Origin: Phoronis australis
Lineage: Eukaryota; Animalia; Phoronida
DNA: 64,000 nucleotides
Reading direction: 5' to 3'
Assembly: GCA_002633005.1 (NCBI GenBank)
Contig: NMRA01000154.1
Location: 507,210-571,209, forward strand
Part shown: one piece after another, positions 38,306-64,000 of the stretch
How positions within the stretch are numbered: position 1 is the stretch's first letter
Layout: each line of letters opens with the position of its first letter
Made by a program: the position numbers and the translations under genes
Notes under the pieces: model-generated
Seen by the model: the letters and a program-made list of their open reading frames with translations, nothing else
Databases searched by the model: none
What the model was told of the DNA's origin: nothing

Positions 38306-41300
38306 TAAAAATGCTTTGTTTGCGATGGACAGTACGTTCATTTTGAGTACCGTAATTGGTGTCATCGAAAAGCATAGCTCCGTGACAGTCTGATCCACAC
38401 GTGCGAACTTCATGCGAATAATCCCTTCTTCACCAATAATGCTGTCCTACTAACGATTTCCATAAGAAAAGAATATTTTGAAATCCTTTTATCGTTATAA
38501 AAATCATCGAAATATTTTATGCAATTCACAGATAAGGTCTTTTAAGATAGAGTTTGAAAAGCCTTAAAATGCTTCTCAAACTCTATCCTTTCAATGGCTG
38601 ATGGTGCCATTTTTTATTGTTATTGTCTTGTTTTTTCAGTGTAGTTTGGTATTATTCGGTTGTTTGGCCTCTTTTCTTGACACTACTTTGGCTCAGGTAA
38701 ACGTGTTATACCGGTTTTCTCGACCAGTTTGAAATTTTCTTTAAATACTTGCCCATGTGAATAGTTTACAGCGCCGGATTTTAAGGGGCAAACGGCATAT
38801 CACGCCAGACCACCCTCCAGAAGACAGTTAAAATTCCATAACCTAGTGGCGCTCCTAGAGTTAACATTGATTGCATACATTCACAAATACAGATTAAGAG
38901 AGGCACTTGATTCCATCATTGTGTGACACCCTTGAAGAAGAAATGGGGTAAATAAAGAACAGGAAAAGGGTGCATATCGATGCCACCAGGGGTAGGTCTC
39001 CATAATTTGAACTGATAGGCCTAACTTCAGGAAATTAGCAGAAATTGGTGCTATCTTTAAGTTCCCGCTCATCATCAGGTTCCCAATTTTAAAAAGAGAA
39101 TAACAGGCGACTCCATTAAACCAGAGAAGGGTCAATGAGAAATAGTTTTGCATTCCCAAATTTTTTTCCTCTGGAATAGCTGCACTTAAACAGTTTTCTC
39201 GGACTTTTTGTATGTCTATTAATTGAGAGCACGTTTTCCAGTGCGTCCAAGCTATTGTAAAATTCTAGGTATCCCTAAAAATGGAAAATGTCCTGGCCAG
39301 GGCACACAAAATGCGAATACAGCACTGGTAGTTGACGAATGTTCTCTTAAATTGTTTCTCATAGTTTCGCTGTGTCTTTGTTTTCTTGAATGTCCCCACT
39401 ATCTCTACTGTGACAACTATGCCCGTTGCCATGCACGGATCCACACTGACAGCCTTAGTAACTGAAATCTTGCATATAGACTAATGAATGCGCCAAAATA
39501 TAAAAGTACATACACCATGATTACAAGTTCTACGTTCTACTCATTTTCACAACACAGGCGCTGCCGTGAGCTACAAGCAATCCGATTGCATCATATATAC
39601 ATAGGCCTATATAAACACGTACACACACATATATTTCATTGAAGACACGACTTTGTTCTGTTTTTACGAGTTTAATTTCAGTTCTTTCAAACTCTCTAAA
39701 TAGAGATCTTGTGCTTACATCACAACAGTGCAATGAAAATCCAATCGACATCACCAGGTAACATAATTTACAAAGCGATATTTCGTGACACACGCCCTTC
39801 AGGCTACTATATATTTTTTACTACTAGTTCACAGTGAAACGCAGATCAGAAATGACAACTAACTTTTACACACAGGTGGCCTACCAACTCATGGGGACGT
39901 CCAGGGGGGGGGGGGGGNNNNNNNNNNNNNNNNNNNNNNNNNNNNNNNNNNNNNNNNNNNNNNNNNNNNNNNNNNNNNNNNNNNNNNNNNNNNNNNNNNN
40001 NNNNNNNNNNNNNNNNNNNNNNNNNNNNNNNNNNNNNNNNNNNNNNNNNNNNNNNNNNNNNNNNNNNNNNNNNNNNNNNNNNNNNNNNNNNNNNNNNNNN
40101 NNNNNNNNNNNNNNNNNNNNNNNNNNNNNNNNNNNNNNNNNNNNNNNNNNNNNNNNNNNNNNNNNNNNNNNNNNNNNNNNNNNNNNNNNNNNNNNNNNNN
40201 NNNNNNNNNNNNNNNNNNNNTCGGGTCATTTCTGAAATTGTCAAGTTCATGCTCACAGTTGCCGGAGCTTTTCTGCAAGCCGAGTTCACGATAGAGTGCT
40301 ACACTTTGTTTTCCGATGACGTCACTCTGTCCATTGCGCATGTGTTGCCTCAATCAAACTTCCTATGGAACTTGGGCGGAAAATCTGAGTCAGGAGTTCG
40401 TGATGTGCTGAATAAAGCGCTCTCAAAGTTTTAATTCTAACTTTGATTAGACACATAAGCAACAGAATGGTAAGTCAGTCAGAACTTATACCTTTCCTGT
40501 GAGTGTTGTACCTAATATCGTCTGTTAAGCTAAGTGACAAAACGATGAATCGTCTTAGCCATTATTCGTGATTGCGGGACCAGTCGGCAGTCGGAAGTCT
40601 TTTTAATTTTTCGCCTGCGGCCTGTGCCTATCATTTCGAAGCCCCCTGTAATACTTGACATTTATGTACATTATCCCACAAAACACTTTTATTGAAACAA
40701 AGACAAACATGTGTCTTAGATACTGATGGAAGGCACTGATGCAGGTTTATATTTACCAGTTTACAGATCAGGAAATCCGGCCGCTGCTTTGCAACCGGAA
40801 TTCACCAATTTGCAGCCTTACTAAATCACACAAGGATTCTGTTCCTGGTTTCAACTAAAATAATGAACCTTTTGATGTGTTATTCACTTTGCCTGCTTTA
40901 GAAAGTTTCAGTTTCCTTGTGCAGAACACAACACTATAAATCATCAGTATCAGTGACAATGTTCTATCAAGCCTAATCATGGCAGTTATCAAATGGCAAT
41001 AAAAGATCTTTAGACAAACTGGGCTAGTTGAGTGACCGTGGTCTTCCTACCCTGGAACTGAAAATGTGATAGGACTGAGTTAGTGTTGTACACTACAACA
41101 GTTAAAAGAACTGACATTATATAAATTGCAATGCAGCAAAGCATATTATAAACACATCTATACAAAACATAAGGTAAATATGGTAATGAAAGTAGAAATA
41201 TGTTTTACACAGTCAGTCTTGCACAGCTGATGCACAGTTGACATTGACACTCAACAGGTAGATAAGTCACTAAACCTAACAACCAAAGGGTCAAGGTCAT

Positions 41301-44300
41301 TGCGTACATTGGTAGCTCTTAGAAGTGTAACATGAGTGCTCGGACCAGTGTAGACTTGCAGAAGATGAAATTTGCCTCGTTTGCAAGAATCTAGAAAGAT
41401 TAAATATTACTGAGATAACTATAAAGTCACGGCAGTCACTACAGATTTAAACTATTGTAGATCTGCATTGGACTTTTTTCAGTAGAAAAGATTTACTAAA
41501 AAGTTAATACTTAAGGCTGTGCTTAGATAGTATTCTTAGTAAAATTCAGCTTGTTAAAACTCGGTATTTGGACCACATTCTAATGTGAATAAAGCGTGTT
41601 TCTTTAATGAGCTTTTTGATTATTTTTGTGTTGCTGTTTCATATTTGTGAAGATATCCTTTTTTGGAAATGACAGAGCAGAGAAGCAAAAAGTATTCATT
41701 CAAAAACTTCCTGATGAGCTGTGGAGCTTAAAATAACAACAGACCTAAGTTGAATATGTCAAGCTGCTGTTCTGCTGGAATCAATGTGTTGTTTCTGCTC
41801 TGATCCGCGGTGCTGTGTTTTGCGTCGTAAAAGCTGATGCTGGGTGTTTTCAAGCTTGAATAGCAACTTGTGACCAACTTTATTAAACATTTTTGTCACA
41901 CCTTCACTGACTAATAGATCTTGTATTTTTCAGTGTCTTTGGTGGCTTGTACGAAATGATTTCAAGTGGTTTACATCATAAGATTTTTTGATTTATGACA
42001 AAACAGGAACTTTGATCTCACAATCTTTTTTAAAGAGTATTTTTTCTGTGAGTTTCGAGGGGGTTGAACCAGCATTTAAAAAAGTTCTAGAGAGGAAATT
42101 TTTAGAGAATAGGAAAAGAATGAACACTGACTTGGAATGAAACAAATAGATCAGCTGGGATGTTCTCTGAAAAAACATCCTGGATCAAGTAATTGATAGT
42201 TGCCTCTTTTCAAAATTTGAAATGAAGGCACGAGTTAAAAGAGCTGAATGAAAAGCTAATCACCACTCAAGACTAGCATTTGATAATTTTATAAGATCCA
42301 CATGTTCTTAAATTTAATGTTTTATTTAATATGTGTGCCTTCAAGACAACAGCTGTATCTTGGATCAAAATATGAATTCCATAAGTACATACTCTCTGCC
42401 AACTTAAGCATGCTGAATCAAGTTTCTGTTTGACACTTTGTTATAAGAAGATACTGACATCCTGTAAGTAGTTAATAACTTAAAACAATCTTTGTTCTTA
42501 ACATGGACATGCATCAGAACCATCAGTCTCATGACCCAGACAATAAGTCTAATCTTAGGGTGAGTCCTAAATAACAAACATGTAATTAAAATGTATTTTT
42601 ATCAATAATGATTAGTCATGTTTTAAACACTACTTCACGTTTTATATTAAGGATAGTCGTGTTTACTTACTAGTTTGAATTTGTTTTCTAGGTATTAACA
42701 CAAAAAACTGTTCTGCTAAATGGTGTCAATTCCAAAAAATTGTCAACGGCAGTTGGTATTAAATCAAAAATTATATTCTATAAGATTTCTTCTCTCAAGA
42801 AATATACTTTTACTGTCCGAGTTAAATTTTATGGATGTGACGTGGTTTTGATGTCAGGCAATTATCAAAGTTCTCCAGCGGATTTTGTTACCAGTCTAGA
42901 ACTTTTCTGCTGGGCCATGTTTTTTAAAGTGTAAATTGCAAGGTCTAAGTATGTTAAATTGTAATAATATTTTCAAGATATTGTTAGTTGGATATATCTT
43001 CTTCCAATTATCATGTTATTGTGTCTGTAGTTACGTTAAAAAGCGAAAATTAAAAAAAATCCGCGAAAAGTTGACCTTTGACACCGTGACATGGTGTTGG
43101 GGAACACAAACTAGATCAATATCCCACAATGCAGTTTACCGCCCATACAAAACAGTGGAAGACGAACAAGNNNNNNNNNNNNNNNNNNNNNNNNNNNNNN
43201 NNNNNNNNNNNNNNNNNNNNNNNNNNNNNNNNNNNNNNNNNNNNNNNNNNNNNNNNNNNNNNNNNNNNNNNNNNNNNNNNNNNNNNNNNNNNNNNNNNNN
43301 NNNNNNNNNNNNNNNNNNNNNNNNNNNNNNNNNNNNNNNNNNNNNNNNNNNNNNNNNNNNNNNNNNNNNNNNNNNNNNNNNNNNNNNNNNNNNNNNNNNN
43401 NNNNNNNNNNNNNNNNNNNNNNNNNNNNNNNNNNNNNNNNNNNNNNNNNNNNNNNNNNNNNNNNNNNNNNNNNNNNNNNNNNNNNNNNNNNNNNNNNNNN
43501 NNNNNNNNNNNNNNNNNNNNNNNNNNNNNNNNNNNNNNNNNNNNNNNNNNNNNNNNNNNNNNNNNNNNNNNNNNNNNNNNNNNNNNNNNNNNNNNNNNNN
43601 NNNNNNNNNNNNNNNNNNNNNNNNNNNNNNNNNNNNNNNNNNNNNNNNNNNNNNNNNNNNNNNNNNNNNNNNNNNNNNNNNNNNNNNNNNNNNNNNNNNN
43701 NNNNNNNNNNNNNNNNNNNNNNNNNNNNNNNNNNNNNNNNNNNNNNNNNNNNNNNNNNNNNNNNNNNNNNNNNNNNNNNNNNNNNNNNNNNNNNNNNNNN
43801 NNNNNNNNNNNNNNNNNNNNNNNNNNNNNNNNNNNNNNNNNNNNNNNNNNNNNNNNNNNNNNNNNNNNNNNNNNNNNNNNNNNNNNNNNNNNNNNNNNNN
43901 NNNNNNNNNNNNNNNNNNNNNNNNNNNNNNNNNNNNNNNNNNNNNNNNNNNNNNNNNNNNNNNNNNNNNNNNNNNNNNNNNNNNNNNNNNNNNNNNNNNN
44001 NNNNNNNNNNNNNNNNNNNNNNNNNNNNNNNNNNNNNNNNNNNNNNNNNNNNNNNNNNNNNNNNNNNNNNNNNNNNNNNNNNNNNNNNNNNNNNNNNNNN
44101 NNNNNNNNNNNNNNNNNNNNTATTTTTAATGAGATTCACGTTATTAGTACATGTATGTCAAATGGACGCATTGCCAAAATAACTTTCAGCTGTAAACGTA
44201 AGAAATTCCTACCGCGGGCAACAAAATCCGGGCGGTGAAATACTGGAAGAAATAACGTCATCTCAGAATGTTGCCTTGGAAACTTCAGTTATAACTTCGC

Positions 44301-46699
44301 TTTATTTTGAAGAGTGAAACTTCACTTTATTAGGCACTGGTTTGGACACAGTTTATGCTTTGAAGACACACATTGTATTAGGAGTCGTTTCAAAACCCCT
44401 TGTTGAGTTTCTGGTAGTCGTCCTGGCCCCAGGGGTGCATGTGATAAAGAACTGACCGAATTTCATGAGCTTCCGTACGTCAAAATTCATCTAAACGCCA
44501 ATTCCATAGTGCATTTTGCTGTTTGTGGAGTCGAGTGACGGATATTTCTCCGAATTTTAGCCTTCATCTCAGTTCACCGAACACCAATTTCTTACAAAGT
44601 TAGCTTCTAATTATTAGCAAAGTTGTCTCGCAGCGCGCTTTAGGTTAACTACGCAGGGGTATAGTTGCAAAGTATTTTTAAATCCGTATTTGTTGTGTGG
44701 AATTTTTAGGCAAGTCCAATTTTCACTTACCGGTCCGGGAAAGCAAGTGAGACGGGGCAGCCCAAATGAAGTTTAGAGCCCTCCCCCAGAAAATTTTATA
44801 ATTCATTCGTGGTAACGTGAATTCTGGTTTATTCTAAAAGAAGCCTTTATCGGGTCATGATTTAAACTTAACTGCAATGCTCGTAAAAAGCTTTGTTTGC
44901 GATTGACAGTAAGTTCATTATTTTGGAATCCTTTTATCGTTATAAAAACCATCGAAATATTTTATGCAATTCACAGATAAGGTCTTCATGCTTTTCAAAC
45001 TCTATCCTTTCAGTGGCTGATGGTGCCATTTTTTGTTGTTATTGTCTTGTTTTTTCAGTGTAGTTTGGTATTATTCGGTTGTTTGGCCTCTTTTCTTGCC
45101 ACTGTTTTGGCTCAGGTAAACGTGTTATGTGGTTTTCTCGACCAGTTTGAAATTTTCTTTAAATACTTGCCCATGTGAATAGTTGACAGCGCCGGATTTT
45201 AAGGGGCAAACGGCATATCACGCCAGACCACCCTCCAAGAGACAGTTAAAATTCCATAACCTAGTGACGCTCCTAGAGTTAACATTGATTGCATACATTC
45301 ACGAATACAGATTAAGAGAGGCACTTGATTCCATCATTGTGTGACACCCTTGAAGAAAAATGGTGTAAATAAAGAACAGGAAAAGGGTGCCACCAGGGGC
45401 TAGGTCTCCTTAATTTGAATTGATATATAGGCCTAACTTCAGGAAATTATCAGAAATTGGTGCTATCTTTAAGTTCCCGCTCATCATCAGGTTCCCAAGT
45501 TTAAAAAGAGAATAACAGGCGACTCCATTAAACCAGAGAAGGGTCAATGAGAAATAGTTTTGCATTCAAAAATTTTTGCTTTGGAATAGCTGCACTTAAA
45601 CAGTTTTCTCGGACTTTTTGTCTATCAATTGAGAGCACGTTTTCCAGTGCGTCCAAGCAATTGTAAAATTCTGGGTATCCCTAACAATGAAAAATGTCCT
45701 GGCCAGGGCACACAAAGAGCGAATACAGCACTGGTAGTTGACGAATGTTCTGTTAAATTGTTTCTCATAGTTTCGCTGTGTCTTTGTTTTCTTGAATGTC
45801 CCCACTATCTCTACTGTGACAACTATGCCCGTTGCCGGCATGCACGGCCGGATCCACACTGAGAGCCTTGGTAACTGAAGTCTTGCATATAGGCTAATGA
45901 ATGCGCCAAAATATAAAAGTATATACACCATGATTACAAGTTCTACGTTCTTCTCATTTTCACAACACAGGCGCTGCCGTTGAGCTACAACCAATCCTAT
46001 GATTGCATCATATATACATAGGCCTATATAAACACGTACAACACCATATATATTTCATTGAAGACACGACTTTGTTCTGTTTTTACGAGTTTAATTTCAG
46101 TTCTTTCCAACTCTCTAAATAGAGATCTTGTGTTTACATCACAACAGTGCAATGAAAATCCAATCGACATCACTAGGTAACATAATTTACATAGCGATAT
46201 TTCGAGACACACGCCGGCTTCAGGCTACTATTTTTTACTACTAGTTCACAGTGAAACGCAGATCAGAAATGACAACTAACTTTTACACACAGGTGGCCTA
46301 CCAACTCATGGGGNCCAATTTAGCGAATTCCCGGGGCAAAAAGGCGCCTCATCGAAACAGAAAGACCGAGTAAAGGAGACAAAAGGAATTCGGCGCAGAT
46401 GCACAATCCGTAGGCCTGAACCTAATGGTCCCGTTTTTTTTTTGTTTTTTTTTAGTCCTCGTTGATTTTTTTTCAGTAAAGGTCCGCAGTATTACCCGCG
46501 GCCCCCCTATATTTTAGGCTGGGTTCGCACATGCAACTCATACAGTTTCCAAGACCACAAATTTCCCTCTAGTTTTTGGTTTTTTGACTGAGACGCTAGG
46601 AAGAAAAAAAACGATCGGGTCATTTCTGAAATTGTCAAGTTCATGCTCACAGTTGCCGGAGCTTTTCTGCAAGCCGAGTTCACGATAGAGTGCTACACT

Positions 46700-46860
46700 T
46701 TGTTTTCCGATGACGTCACTCTGTCCATTGCGCATGTGTTGCCTCAATCAAACTTCCTATGGAACTTGGGCGGAAAATCTGAGTCAGGAGTTCGTGATGT
46801 GCTGAATAAAGCGCTCTCAAAGTTTTAATTCTAACTTTGATTAGACACATAAGCAACAGA
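46700..46860 (+). promoter_or_regulatory. Probable MYO1E-like promoter / 5' UTR
   Basis: CRE TGACGTCA 46711-46718, NRF1-like TGCGCATGTG 46729-46738, GC box 46768-46773 and AP-1 TGAGTCA 46780-46786, just upstream of ATG|GTAAGT. Confidence 0.55.
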
Positions 46861-63877
<17,017 letters not shown>

Positions 63878-64000
63878 GTAATGACTGTCATTCTAGACAC
63901 TGGCTGCTTGATTGTTAAATGTGCTGTGCGTGATGGCCCTGGTGGTGGTGGTGCTCTGCATGATGGCCATGATGGTGGTGAAAGTGGGTGCACACTGATT

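Noticed and set aside
40221-42927. A second myosin gene or paralog start
   Set aside because: Only the promoter, Met exon and part of intron 1 are repeated, bounded by N gaps. This is most simply an allelic copy.
39834-44238. Long ORFs of 133-397 aa in the track
   Set aside because: They consist mostly of X from assembly N gaps.

Overview
This is intron-rich, AT-rich eukaryotic genomic DNA, most consistent with an invertebrate animal. It is a draft assembly with N gaps. I reconstructed four protein-coding genes by hand. (1) misato/MSTO1 on the minus strand: 13 coding exons at 128-10729, with the 3' end running off the window. (2) A PHF24/GINIP-like PHD plus EF-hand gene on the plus strand, about 15350-25341. 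(3) An uncharacterised 531-aa multipass membrane protein with an uninterrupted CDS on the minus strand, 26990-28585. (4) A long-tailed class I myosin, MYO1E/F-like, on the plus strand: 17 exons from 46861, with the tail beyond the window. About 30.1-49.1 kb is largely tandem copies of the same sequence next to Ns, probably uncollapsed haplotypes. Features worth a second look: minisatellites built from exon/intron junctions that create decoy splice sites, several with in-frame stops; a U12-type intron in the myosin; an inverted pair of minimal hammerhead-ribozyme motifs and a Penelope GIY-YIG relic in myosin introns; a TTAA-flanked Kolobok-like element with a THAP remnant that may supply a 24-nt micro-exon to PHF24; and a 51-bp hairpin insertion with a 9-bp duplication. 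All homology calls come from recognising motifs by eye, not from database searches.
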